A stretch of 59,569 bases of DNA, filler included, from Dugesia japonica (Eukaryota): the NCBI GenBank assembly GCA_001938525.1. It is 6 parts of 6 records of this genome, joined end to end, with 100 filler letters (N's around TTAATTAATTAA, not from the genome) between each part and the next. Parts side by side here need not be neighbours in the genome. Positions count along the whole stretch, not along the records: positions 32,391 to 41,452 come from MQRL01632347.1; positions 41,553 to 50,839 come from MQRL01566663.1; positions 50,940 to 59,569 come from MQRL01623713.1; 3 more parts are not named here. One strand, 5' to 3'. Below, piece after piece: positions 38,424-51,989 of this stretch (position 1 is its first letter; each line of letters starts with the position of its first letter). The notes under the pieces are model-generated. The model was not told where the DNA came from and did not search any database. It saw nothing but the letters and a program-made list of their open reading frames with translations. Position numbers and translations under genes: made by a program.

Positions 38424-39660
38424 TTCCATAAGTAAAAGGTTTTGTTTTGTATACTTTTGTTACAACAAATATTTTATTTATCCATTTAGCTGAAAAACTC
38501 GATCACCAATTTTAAACTTTTGTTTCTCTTGCAAATAATCGTTTTCATGATTATGATCTTCGATTATTTCTTTTATTGTTTCAGGATTTTTACTAGCTTC
38601 TTTTGGAGTAACTTTAATAGAACAATGAATTATATTATTATAATCATTTGCAATCTTTTGTAATAAATTATTATTCCATTTCTGATTTCCAACATTCTAT
38701 TTTTTCCAATTTTTATTTTTTAGAGTTCTAATAAATGTTTCAGCAAAAACTGATTTACCTTCATTTTTTGTATGATATAATTTAATATATTAATTAAGAA
38801 ATTTATCAAAATATTTTGATCTAATAGCTGATTATTATTTAATTATCAAACAAAATATAATTCGGAATTCGATTATTTTTTTCAAATATATTTTCATAAG
38901 CTTCTCGTAAAGATTCTTGATTTTTATTAATCATTGGAACACAAAACCTAAATCTAGAATATAAATCAATACAAACTAAAATGTAACGAAAACAATCAAC
39001 AGAGTTTTTAACCATATCAATAATATCAAAACTTCAAGTATTATCCTTTTCTTTTATTATTATGTTTAGGAAATGTTTTGATTTTCTTTAATTTTTATGA
39101 AGCTCATTTGATAATATTTCATTATTTGCACTTGCACCACCACCTAAAATAATTTTACCTTTTATTGCTAATTTATCTAAACCTCTTTGTATCTTTTCAG
39201 AAGTAGTTGGATTTTCAATTTGTTTCAAATCATGAATTAAATTAACATCTGTAATATGTCTATCTCTAATGTTTTCAAATTAATAAGATAAACCATGCTT
39301 TAAAGCTGCTTCATCAACTCTATTAATTAGTTCTTCTCCAGGTTTTGGCTCAAGAAATCCTTCGTCATTCTCTCGTAATTTTAAATCTGATCTTGTTCCT
39401 TGACCAGTATAGTTATGTTTAAACACATGTCTTTCACCTGGATATTTTTTCCAAGTTAATTTAGAAGATTCAAGATCACTACCACTATTAGTTTGAATAT
39501 TCTTTAAACAAATTCGTAAATGTCTAGCTTTATTTTTTCTAATTAAGATTTTGTTACAATTTTCACAAATAAATTTATTATCCATTTTATTTAAAATCAA
39601 ATTGAAATCCACACCATGTTTATTTTGAATCATAACAATTTTAGAATAAGATAATTTCAT
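38424..39660 (-). pseudogene. Parvovirus-type phospholipase A2 domain in frame with a retroviral-like (Polinton) integrase
   Basis: HNYTGQGT...NRVDEAALKHGLSY*, then same frame ...KIILGGGASANNEILSNELHKK...DIIDMV...YILVCIDLYSRF; AETFIRTLK further downstream. Confidence 0.85.
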
Positions 39661-41396
39661 TTCAATGTTTTTCTTCTAAAATACACCAATATAAAGTTCC
39701 TTTAAAATCATTATCTTTATTTATATGTAAAGTTACATCTACATTATCAATATTTAATTTATTATCTTGGGAACTACATCAAAACAAAAGATTGGATACA
39801 AAATCATATCATTATTATCAATATTAAATTTACATTCATTGATGGGATAATATTATTATTTAATTGTATTTGAATACTTTTTAAAAATATATTCCATTTT
39901 TCTAATAGAAATATTAATATAAAAAGGTTGAAACGTGAAGGTTCCGAAAATTAAAAATAGCAAAACTGATTTATTTATTATTTATTAAAGAACCGTTTCT
40001 TCACCATCTCATCTAATTTACACGCAAGTCATTTGTGTGACAATAAACACGCAAATCAGAATGATAAACTCCTGTACAAATTTTACTTGCCGAAAGTCGA
40101 AAGTAAAATTCAAATAAATTTCTAATGTGTTTTGCAAGTTATACAGAAGCGAGTTTTGAGAAAGTATATATCCATAAGGTACCTCAATATACTTTCCTAA
40201 TAACTATAAACATTCTTTCTATAAAGGCAACATTTTCATGATAAATAATAAGACAGTTACTAACATCAAAACTTTTAAATTCATATTTTTTAGAATTTCT
40301 TTGCATGATTATATAGATAAACATTTTTTTCATTTATAAATTTACAAAAATTAAATTAATAAACATTTTATCTTTTTAATAATTTAAGTAAAAACATATT
40401 TACAAATATAAAACGAAAAATAAAATATTCTATACGCCACGTATTTTTAAAAATAAAAAATTCAACTTTTAGCTACTTACTATTATAAATAGAATATTTT
40501 CAAACTTTTTCAATAAATCAGGAAACCAAAGTGATTTCTACGAATTCGAATCGACACTTTTGGCTATATAAAATGTGCGCTGAATAATTTTGTCATTCGG
40601 ATGAAACTTTTGAAAATGTTAGATTTTATATGGTAAAAATGAAGATGTTTATTGCACTGTGGAACGTGTTACTTGTACTTCCCCGCTTACACATCGGTTT
40701 GATTGTTTGGGACTATTGGAAAAAGTTTGATGAATACGATCGAACTTTTCCTTAATTGTTTTCAGTTTTTCATTACATATTTCTTTCTCTAAACTTCAAT
40801 TTTCCAATTGATTCACAACCTGGAGGTTGCCTTCCATAAGTACTTAAAAATGTTCTATGGATTTTAGTGACGTATATCTAGTTTGCTACTCTAGAAATTG
40901 TTATCTTTGTACACGATGTACAACTATACGTATGATTTATATATTTTAATATTAACATAACGGGGTTATGTGAAACAAAAATGTTAAAAAAGTATTATAA
41001 CAATTATATGTTATAAATAAGCAAATTTTAAATAAAATATATATGAAATAAAATATAAAATATTTCCCATAAGAATACAAAATATAATTTTTTTTAATAC
41101 ATGCATTTCGTTATTTTGTTATACTTATTAAGTAAATAGCCATTAATTGACAGATTTTATTTTATTTTAATTGCTGATTTTCGTCTATATGCCATTCATA
41201 TTTATTTATTTATCTCAAATTAAGTGAAATGAATTTTATTTCTATATGATAATAATTTATGTATAACTTTTATAAAATTTCCATCAAGAAATCTGTGGCT
41301 GTACTGTTAAATGAAATTTATATATAAATATATATATTTACTATTATTATTATTATTATTAATATAATTATTAAGATTATTATTAAGATTATTATT

Positions 41397-41452
<56 letters not shown>

Positions 41453-41968
41453 NNNNNNNNNNNNNNNNNNNNNNNNNNNNNNNNNNNNNNNNNNNNTTAA
41501 TTAATTAANNNNNNNNNNNNNNNNNNNNNNNNNNNNNNNNNNNNNNNNNNNNGACTGATATTATGTTACTATGTTTTTTCGGTGGGGATTATGGCGACAA
41601 AATGTATTGTACCCCAGCAACCGTTGTAAAAAAAATTTGCAATGCAGCCATAAATAGCTAAAAGGTTCCGCTACCCTGCTTTAATATTTTTTCGAAATAA
41701 AAGTACCATTATAAATCTTTCAATATATTGAAAATTCAGTAAAAATCTAAATAAATATCTGTATAATATAACTTCAAACCAAATATTTCAATTTATTTTT
41801 TGAAAAATCTATAAAACCCTACCAAAATTAATGTGTAAAATCAATTATAGAAAATCAAAATTGAATTTTTTTCATTGAATAATTATTATTTTATCTGTTA
41901 AAGTATAAATGATTACAAATTTTATAAATTGAAAATGAAAATGGTTATTTAATATAAAAATTTTGAAC

Positions 41969-42526
41969 CTGATACACTTCTGATTTCAGCAATGTTTGGT
42001 CTTTCATTTTGTAAACTAGTAAATGTAATTTCTACATTTTGAGAATTAGATACGTTATTATCCTTATTTACGATATCTGAACAATTTAGTTAAATTTGTC
42101 AAAATCAATATTTATTTTACCTGGTTCATTTTCTTCAGCACTGTTATCACATGAAACATTTTGTGAGGTACCATTTGCGTGTTTATTAACAGTTGTTTTA
42201 TTTTCTTTCGATTTCGTATTACTTTTTGATTTAGATTTAATAGTAAAAAATTTTGATAAATGAGAACCGAATAACTTAAGTTTACTCGACTTTTTTGAAA
42301 TTTTGCTAACATTCTTATTTTTTGACTTATTATCATCCAATAAGTCATTTAAAGAATGGCCAGAAGTTATATTTGTGGTATCAGAGTCTTCATTCTCTAA
42401 CAATAGCAAAATAAAAACATGAAATATTTATTTAGCATAATCTAAACCTGTTAAAGTACTAGGGTCTTGGGGAAATTCTTGAAGACTTTTTATTGGTTTA
42501 TGAGGAACACTTTCACTCCTTTGCAT
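41969..42526 (-). CDS. Unknown host gene, first three coding exons (42526-42448, 42396-42121, 42076-41969); Ser/Lys/Asn-rich
   Basis: ATG at 42526; GT-AG introns of 51 and 44 bp keep an open frame: MQRSESVPHKPIKSLQEFPQDPSTLT-ENEDSD...EENEP-DIVNKDNN...RSVS. Confidence 0.7.
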
Positions 42527-44129
42527 AATTTATTTAAAATAAATAAAGAAAATTTGTTAATTATAAAAACAATAATAAATAAGATTCAGATTTTCATCGT
42601 GTATAGTAAACATAATTGATATTTTTAAACAAACAACTAGCAATTGGAAAATTTCAAACATATAAAGAATAATATTAAAAATGCAATTTATTTGGAAACA
42701 TAAGCGAAGTTATTGATGGCGTAAAAAGTTTTTGTTAACAATTGATAAATTTAATAATAAATTACCCTTTCAATTTTTTTTAAAATTAAGTGTAGTTTTT
42801 CTATGAACGTCTTTATTCTGAATTAATTATCAATAAATATTATTAATAACAAATCTTCGAAATTCGCTTAATTTTTAAAAATTTAATAATTTCTGAAAAA
42901 AAAGTCATTTTGTTTTGATGATATTTCTTTCGTATATAAAACATATATAGCTCAATGATTCTGAATAAATTCAGTTTAAAACATAAATGAATCAACAAAT
43001 ATCGAATGGACCAAACTATCGTTATGTAAAGAAATAATTTGAAAACCATTTTTAATTTTCGAAAGTTATTTTTTACAAATTTTATTGTAAATATATATCT
43101 TTTTCAAATTTATGAAACTAAATTTATGTTAAAGATAAAAATTTAGAATTCTGAAAATTGAATTCATGACCTTTTAAAAATTTTAACTCTGGACTCATTA
43201 CCTTCTCACAATCGGATCGTAATATCTGGAATAAAAATGAGGTTGTAAGCTAAGCTTAAATTTATTTAATTTTTTTTGCTAGGATTAGCAATGTGAAATG
43301 GAAATAATTGTAATCCATAGTTGTGCAGTTGTCTTGAGATTATATTCAATCAGTATAAATACTGATTTCAAAATCATAAAAAAAAACAACGACCAACAGA
43401 AAAAATTGATTTAAACTAGGGGTAAATTGCTAAAATTAAATTTTAAAAATCTTTTGCAAATTTAGCAGTTCTGATAACATGCATTTATATTAATTTTAGT
43501 TTTCATAATATTTTTGTGGTAACGAGAATCATTTCTGATTACTCTTATCATTTAATATTAATTTTATGATTAAAAGGCTTAGATAATAAACATTTGTTAT
43601 AAACTAATTTATTATCTGTTTAAATTGTTCTAAATTCTTGAGCCTAAATCTTATTCTTGTTTATTAAGAAACATTTTGTCCCACTATTCATTCCTTGTTA
43701 CGACGGTATTGTAATACCGATTTTCTCACTTTCAAATAAAATTTATATAAATCGTTTTACGCTATTACCTAAAATATATCGGCCCTTGTTTTATTCATTA
43801 TTTTGCTCAACTGTAAATTTATTGATTTATTATAATGAAATTTTATAAATACCAAAATCGTTCTCTTAATTATTTATTACAATTATCATATTGAATCATT
43901 TATTTAACAAATCACCTTTACGCTTTATATCAGTAAATTTAAGTCAGCATTTAATATTGTCATTTCTTTCCCACGAGATCAAACAATAACCATGAAGAAA
44001 TTAAGCACATATTATTCAAGTAATTATGAAACACATAGTATATGTTTATATACTATATAATGATATGTAGTTTATAAATATAGGAACAACATCTTTGACT
44101 TTAAAACCAAAAGATATCTAGGAAAAATA

Positions 44130-45960
44130 ATAACTTATTTCTTCAGTATGTTGGCAATGATTATCTCAAAAATATACAGGCAATACCTATTTTCCATTTG
44201 TGATTATTCAATGGTTATCCATTGTGGTTCTGTCAATATTCCAGTTGTCTACCATAAATATTCGTTTATGAATCATTATAACTATCTCTAAATTGGCATT
44301 TGGCTTGTTGATCAATATTTTTATTGCTCTCTGTACTCTATTATCATCCGTTATATTGCGCCTATACTTTGCTTCTATATCACAAAGATTAATTTCATTA
44401 TCCTCAAATTAAATCTATATCAGTAGTTGGAATCCAAGCTGTTTCTGTAATTCTATTCATTCTATTAGAAATGAATGTATCTGTTTCAACACAATGAATT
44501 TAACTGTCTCGCTTTTATTTTTGAATTCCACTTATACCTTTATCGTACCTACTTTTCCGAGCTTACTATTATTGGCACATCTCAAATTGTCTTCACTTTT
44601 TAATATATTGAATTTTCTCAATCTTTCCAAAATTCTCAAACTCAGCACATTAACTATTGTTCCAGTGTCTAACAGGCAATCAACCTCTGAGCCTTGTATT
44701 TGAACCGTTATTCTTGGTTTACTTTGCATCTTGTCATAACTTATCTCTTGTCGCTTTATCTCTTCTATCTTCAGAATTTCATTGTCGTCTTCTCTATTTA
44801 TATCAGTGATCATCTCTGGTAGGTCTCTAATCAATTTTTTCTTTACAAACTTGTAAACATTTTTTTACATCATCGTACTTATCTACTCGTTTATCTTTCT
44901 TTCTTTCATTTAAATTATTATATATATTATTTTTGATATAATTAACAATATTGCAATTTTAATGAATACTTAATTCAACGCTCCGACAATCTCGACTTCG
45001 GTCGGAGCTCCTCCATTTTAGTATTAATCTTGATAAATATTTGATCTTTTATTACATTAATGGCTTTTGTTTTCTCTACATGTACAGTCTCTTTTATTTT
45101 CCTCAGCTGAATTAACGTGACTCCCATTCTTGTGTAATTATTCGTATAGTTCGAAAAATATCTTTGTTTACCATTTCCAAATTCCTTTCTGGCTAGTTTA
45201 CTTTTATTCTGATAATTAAACTGCCTGTTTATATTTGTGTAACAGTTTTCTCTGTGCTGTGCTTTCTTGTTCACCTTAAGCAACTAAATTTGACACAGTC
45301 TCTTCTTAAGTGTTGTTCAGATCTACAAGCATAAAACCTTTTTTCTTCCCTGACAATTTCTGCTTACATGATCTATTTTGTTACAGGTCCAACACGTGAT
45401 TTCTCGTCTTTCGTTGTTTCTGTTCTGTTATATTCCTTCATTATGACTCTTGTTGAAATTGCGAGACTCTAACTTGCTAAATAGTGTATTTATTTTAACT
45501 CGTAAATAATCACTTCTTAGAAGAATAAATAGCGTCTAGCTAAATGAAAAAGAGCAATAACAGGTCTGTGATACCCATAGAGGCCCGGGGTCACATGCGC
45601 GCTACAATGGCAGTTCCAACAAGTATACCTTACCAGAAATAGGTGGGAAATTTTGTGAAACACTGTATTAACAGGGATTGTGAATTGTAATTTTTTCACA
45701 TGAACTAAGAATTCCTAGTAAGCACAAGTCACTAGCTTGCACTTATTACGCCCCTGCTCTTTGCGAATTGCATCTCTGTAGTTACGAATTACATTTATTT
45801 CTTCTTTTTTTCTTTTTCTTTTCCCACTCTTTTATTGCTTTAAATACATCTTCTACTTTTCTAGTTTTCCTGATTTGATCTTATGTGTAATCTTTTTGTC
45901 ATTGCAACTATTCATTATTAGCTCTTTTGTTGAGTCATCTTTGTTTTATTTATGAGCCAT
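44130..45960 (-). mobile_element. Gypsy gag-protease remnant
   Basis: CCHC knuckles at 45250-45420 (TCWTCNKIDHVSRNC); aspartic protease CLLDTGT at 44532-44834; RT-proximal region at about 44130-44300. Confidence 0.85.
45462..45763 (+). pseudogene. 18S rRNA fragment (V7-V8 region), decayed, inserted in Gypsy gag
   Basis: CGAGACTCTAAC.TGCTAAATAG, ACTTCTTAGA, GCAATAACAGGTCTGTGAT, GCGCGCTACA, GAATTCCTAGTAAGC, ATTACG.CCCTGC.CTTTG are conserved eukaryotic SSU rRNA blocks in the correct order. Confidence 0.92.
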
Positions 45961-47062
45961 AAACGTTTCTACCAATCCTTTTATTTATATGATGAGATAC
46001 TTTGGTGGATTATTATTAAAATAAATCAACAATGCGTGAGTTTAACGGTTAAGTTTAATAACTAAAATAATCCCAATATATTACAGTTAAAGTTTTTACC
46101 TTATGCACCTAAATTTGTTTATTATAAATAGAGTAATATTTATAGATAAACTATAAAGTATTCCTTATATAATAAATTCGAAATTTACTTTGAAAATAAA
46201 CGTTTATTATTCTGATTACAATAGTTATAACAATATGTGTTAGTAAATTTTGCCTCAGTTGTAAATCCCAAAAGATTTAAACTATTGTACACTTTTAAAT
46301 GGTGAAAACAATGAGTTTCGACTCTCTGTTTATATTAAATTGTCGCTCATTGTTTGTACATGATATTTACATTTACTTTACATTTTTTACAAAAATAACT
46401 AGACACATTTTACAAAATAAATAAAAATTTCCCAAAAATTAAATTTGTTTATGAAATAATTAAATAAAAATTTTCCATTATAGTTAGAAATTTTCTAATT
46501 AGTTTTTTTATAATCGATTAAATAAATAAAAATAATTTTTTCATTAAATTTATTTAAGAAATTCGTTTTTTCAATCGATCGAATTATTGAACAAGACAAA
46601 CAGATTTCTAAAACTAAATCTATTTTACAAAATAAATAGAAAATTTAGATTTCTAAAATTGAATTCATTTATAAAATAAATGAAAATAAAACAATATAAT
46701 AAAATAAAATAATAAGATTAATTCACCAATTTGATAGCTACGACCATACTTTTAGAGTTTCGTATAATAAAATAAAATTAATAAAAAGAAATGGTAAGAT
46801 ACATTCAGATATTTATAAAGGCTCAACAAATTATAATGTCTAATGATCAAATAATGTAATGTAGATCAAAAAAGTCACGTATTCATTGAATAATATAATG
46901 CTAATCATTGATTTGGTTGATTTGGTTAGGATCGTTTATTGAGTACGTTTGGAACTATTTGATGGGTTTGTTTTGAGTTTTATTTGTGTTTGTTTTATAT
47001 GTTACAGGTATGTGTGTGCATGTGTATTTTAAGGTTGGTTTTCAAGGTTGGTTTCCCCCAAA

Positions 47063-49900
47063 AAAGTTCCTCCTTCGGAAGAAAATGCATCCGCATCTTA
47101 TGTAAGAAACAAGGTAAAGTATGGGCATCTCATGTCATGTAATCCGGAGGGTATTGCATTAGATCAAGGTTCGCTGAAATGCAAGGGTTGAATTCCTCCT
47201 CGATATTTCGTAGGGTGGGGTATGGAGACGTAGGTCTTGAGAATATTTCTAGTAGTTGTCGTTGTTTTGTGAAATCGTATTTTTTGATGCTTTGCTCTTT
47301 GATTTTTTGCAGTGGTCAGCTATTTTTCTCAACTCTTGTTGTTTTCTATTTTTTTTTCTTAGGGTTTCCTCGTAATGTTTTAATAAGGATGCGTATTTGG
47401 ATAAATCACCTAATAGTTTTGGATTGAAAATTTTGATAGTATTGTCTTTTGGCTAACACATAGGATTATATGTCCTGCTTCCACAATTTCGGTTGTTATA
47501 GATTGAATTTCTACGATGAATTTTAATGAAAGAAACTCTCTTAGGATGAAAGGTATCTATTTGGCATGAGCTACAGACTGGGTACAGGACAAGATTTAGG
47601 TTAGAAAGGAGGAAGGTCTTAAGTATACAGTTGAAGCAAAAGAAATGTTTGCATTCTATGATTTGAGGAATTTCGGGGTATTTTAAACTGAGAGGGCATT
47701 CAATGTCATCTTATGTATAATATATAATTTTCGCAATGTCATCCTAACCATAATTTGGTGGATATTTTAGTGCGCGGTGTTTTTCGTATAAGATTATTTT
47801 ACAATTGTTATGCAGATAAATATTCTTTGCGGCTAATTCTGGATCCATTTCTAAAAATAAATAATACAATTATCTGTGCATAGTAGATGTAATATACATA
47901 TTTATACGTATATATAAGAATATTTATTTTGTGATAAATAAGGAAAGTTCCTTCACATCTTCTTCAAGGGCTATGCTTTCGTACATGACATTCTCAACTA
48001 TAAATTTGCACTGGGTTTCGATTTGTTTTATTTTTATCTTTAATGTGCTAAAAGTTACGTATGCGTCGTCATTGGCTATGTCTCTCATGATTATGGTAGT
48101 ATCAATACACTTTTTACTCATAATTCCCGACATTTCTATCTATTTCTATATCTGGGTCGGGTCCAAGTTCATCATCGCTGTTCGTCATCGATGTAATACT
48201 GTATGGTCTGTTCCAATTTAAAATATAGCAAACCATAATGCTTTTCTTAATTTGTTAAACTGTTCCTGTATTTTTGGGAAAGTGTTCGTGTCTTTTTTAG
48301 TAACTTCGTTTAATTTTCGATAATCCACGCATATTCTGATTTCTCTATCCTTTTCCTTTACCGGTACTACTGGTGATGCCCATGGAGAAAATCTTTGTAC
48401 TATTATTCCATTATCCTTCAACTCTTTTAACTGTCATTTGACTTCTTCTCTCAATTTATATGCTGCAACATTTGGTCTTTGTTTAATAGGTTTAGCGTTG
48501 CCGGTGTCAATAGCGTGTTGTATGATATCTACTTCACCAATATCGTATTCGTGTTTTGTCAGAACGTCTTCAATCTTGTCTATCACCGCTTGTAATTGTT
48601 GTCTTTGGCGCGCTGTTAAGTTACTATTAGTTATTTTAGTTTTTTCAAAGAACTTTGTTTGTTTAGGTTTAATTTGGTCGTATATTAATATTTCCTTTAC
48701 TACTTGTTTCTGTTTTATTGGGTTATAATCATTAATTGTAATTTCGTTTTTCTCATAGTCCTCATTTTTTACGTACAATTTACCTAGTTTCATACCTGGG
48801 AGATGATTAGTCTCTTTATTATTATAGTTAGCAATTCTTATTGGCATGGTTTCATATTTTAAGACGAAACACCCGGGTACTATTGATATATTGGATTATT
48901 TTCTCTAACTGATTATGTGGTTTGAAAAAATAAGTTTTTTCGCTACGGAACCCTTATTTTACAGGCATCATGCATTCGCATGAATATTCTATCTTTATAT
49001 TTGATTTTAAGTATAAACCATGACTTGTTTTCTCGTTATTCATGGAGGTTGATTTTGATAGTTTATTATTTAGTAAATCTATAACATACCTTGTTAATTT
49101 TGATAGTAAGTGTATCCCCAGAATACAATCTTGTACCCCTTGATCTACGACTCGGAATTAGTGCTGTATATTTTCGTTTTCTAAGGTAATATTACAATCT
49201 ATTATCCCATTTATAGGTAATTTATGACCCGTGAATGATTTAAATTCCTCTGACAGTCTAGTATCAAGATTATCTTTTTGTTTTTTATTAAGAAATGTCT
49301 CTTTAATTATAGATCATTCTGCTCCGGTATCTATTAATGAAGGTATGTTATATCGATTTATTGATATTATGATTGTGCGTATGGGAGTATTTCCATTTAT
49401 TACATATACCTCTTGTGATTTTGGAGGTGCGATATATCTTATGAATTTTCCGTCTTCGAGATTTGATTTTAATTCATTGAAATTATCTGTTTCTGATTAG
49501 TAAAGTTTATTGTCATTATTGTTTAATGCTATCTTCTCGTCTCTGTTTGATAAATCAGTTGTGTATACGTTATTTTGTCTTTCTAATTTTCTGATTTTAT
49601 AGTGATATTTTTGCATGATTAGATATTTTGCAATAAATGGACATATGCATGCTGCGAGTTTATATGTAGTGCCAAATACTGAGTGTAATTTTTTAATGAT
49701 ATTAGTTGATAGCATGCTAATTTTAATAAAATAGGCACATAATATATTAATAGAAAAATGAAAATATACCACCGATTGCTGGTGCTTTGCCTAGAAACTT
49801 GTCTATAAATCCTGATCCACGTGTAACAATGACTCAAAGTTAAAATCATCTACTTGGCTTCCCTTGTGAATTCTATCAATTATTATTGATATTATCTTTT
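47063..49900 (-). mobile_element. Large Gypsy element internal remnant (protease, RT start, 3' region, possible PPT/LTR start)
   Basis: SLIDTGAE at about 49320-49340; HAIDTGNAKPIKQRP in 48434-48847; SPWASPVVPVKEKDREIRICVDYRKLN in 48218-48421; purine tract GAAGGAGGAA at 47076-47067 followed by TTTTGGGGGAAAC. Confidence 0.8.
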
Positions 49901-49957
49901 CTATTACTATAGGGAAAAGGACATGTTTTCTGGCCTTCTCTATATCCTTTTGAGTAT

Positions 49958-50215
49958 ACAGAGTGCGCGAGTAGAATTGACGCCATTTTCTAAATGTAAA
50001 ATCTGATAAATGAAATGCATTTATATCATTATTTTTATTAATAAATATAATGTGATCAATGCTTTATTCAAAAATGGAAATATTGCAAAATTTCAACAAA
50101 TTTCAGGGGCCCGAAGAATGGAAAAGAAAGTTCATAGTGCATGCCGAATGACCAACAATGATATTTGTGAGAAATTGAAGTTGCCTATGAGAACAATTCA
50201 AAGAATCAGAATCCT
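49958..50215 (+). mobile_element. Possible 5' fragment of a Tc1/mariner-superfamily transposon
   Basis: TA-CAGAGTG terminus-like sequence and HTH-like peptide NNDICEKLKLPMRTIQRIR. Confidence 0.4.
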
Positions 50216-50546
50216 GGTGTTGTTAAAATGGCTCGTTCTAGTTTCAGGGGTCGTGTAAAGGCTGTAATTGTTTCTGATGGTGATTTTATTGAGTAATTAC
50301 AACTTCTAATTTTTAATATTACTGATATTTGTAAACTTTCAAACAAATGCTCAAATTTGTAGTTTTTAGATATATTTTCTTTACTGTATTTTACACGCCA
50401 ATTCTTCTCGCGCACGCTGTATATGCCAGTGTTTTTAATATTATATTGCCTGTTGAATACCATTCTTTTCTGGCGTTCCATCATTTCTAACACTGCAGGT
50501 TTTTGTTCTGCTTTCCGATCTAAAGCAGTGATTCAAACGTCATCGT

Positions 50547-50839
50547 TTATTTTGTAAATTTGGTCAAGTAGGCTACTACATTTGTTAATTTCTTTGGGTT
50601 TATAATTTTGTCTGTTAGAATTCGTGTTACTAGCAGCAAAAAGACCTTTTTGTTGTTATGTATTTTAGGCAATTCATTTGTACATTTTGGATGATCTGTT
50701 AACTTGACTTTTGCTATTTTACAATTAAAAGTTAATAATGCTTCACCTATAATTCTACAAAATGTTCCTGCTTCCTCAGACAATAATGGTGACATCAGAT
50801 CTGGATTGGTAGAAGTTAGTGCCATTTTTGTACGCAACA
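50547..50839 (-). pseudogene. Chuvirus-like (class III fusion) glycoprotein fragment, possible retroelement env
   Basis: LRTKMALTSTNPD...GTFCRIIGEALLTFNCKIAKVKLTDHPKCTNELPKIHNNKKVFLLLVTRIL fits the GE..C..V....C.NELPV......F....TRIL pattern of chuviral glycoproteins (recognised from memory, not searched). Confidence 0.6.
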
Positions 50840-51989
50840 NNNNNNNNNNNNNNNNNNNNNNNNNNNNNNNNNNNNNNNNNNNNTTAATTAATTAANNNNN
50901 NNNNNNNNNNNNNNNNNNNNNNNNNNNNNNNNNNNNNNNTAATAATAAGAAAAATAATAACAGAAAAATTTTGAGGGTGGATTTAAAAGTAGAATTAATT
51001 AGAAATAATTTGAATGTAGGCAAAATTAGGCCTAAAAAAGATTGACTCATTAGTCATAATGATGCAAGAACATAAAGATTCAAGAACATAAAGACATCAG
51101 TTGGTGAGAATAAGAAAAGAAAATATCAAAATCCAATAATAAATCAGAATGCAAGAATATCAACGTCAACGTTAACCAAGAGAAAAAAGAGTAAGAAAAA
51201 ATTGGAGAAGTATATAGGAAACACATAAAAATTAGAATCGGAATTTTGTTTGTGGGGAAAATTTTTATCTGAGAACTTTCGCTAACGTAGACGTTTTACC
51301 AACTAATAGAAGTTTACCAATTTAAGATTTAAACTTTGCCTATTCACATTTCAATTACAAGTTACAATGTTTTATTTTTCCGCCACTGATGAATTACACC
51401 CGATAAGCGAGGTAATTTTGTCATATTTTATAATCACGTTATTTGCTATTTATAATTTTACTGATTTTTTGAAATTTATGTTGTTAACGACTACTTTAGT
51501 TGTTAATAAATTTTTTTATGTTCAATATGGATACTTAAAGAGGAAACTGTATTAATTGGATAACACGTAGCGCGAGACCTCTGGCTCTATATTAAAGAAT
51601 ATATTTCTGGGTCGTATCATTCATTTCTAATTGCTTTCCTTTTAAGTGTTCATTCAATAATTTAACACGTTTAATAACTGCAAGTAATTCATTAAACGTA
51701 TGAATTTGTTTTTAAATCTATTTGCGTAACTGTCTTTGTGACAACATCTGTCCCCGACGATTCAGTTTGTCAGTCTCCTAGTTATATCAAACCCAGACAG
51801 TGTACACAATACAGATACAGTGTATCGTATTAGAATAGTAAAGTGCAAATATATTTCTGTGAACCACAAAAGTTTTGGTTTAAATGTTTTAATATTTCAT
51901 ATCATATTAGATATTATTTTAAAACGTTATTTCCGCTCAATATTCGTTCTACAAATCGAGGAAATATATATAATAAACATCAGAGTAAT

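Larger units (their letters stand above)
34260..39900 (-). mobile_element. Polinton/adintovirus remnant 2: PLA2-integrase, packaging ATPase, pX-like protein, pPolB
   Basis: Four Polinton hallmark genes in one orientation, all degraded. Confidence 0.9.

Noticed and set aside
40620-40850. Coding-like stretch on the minus strand
   Set aside because: In-frame stop, no recognisable family, and separated from the 42 kb gene by a contig linker.
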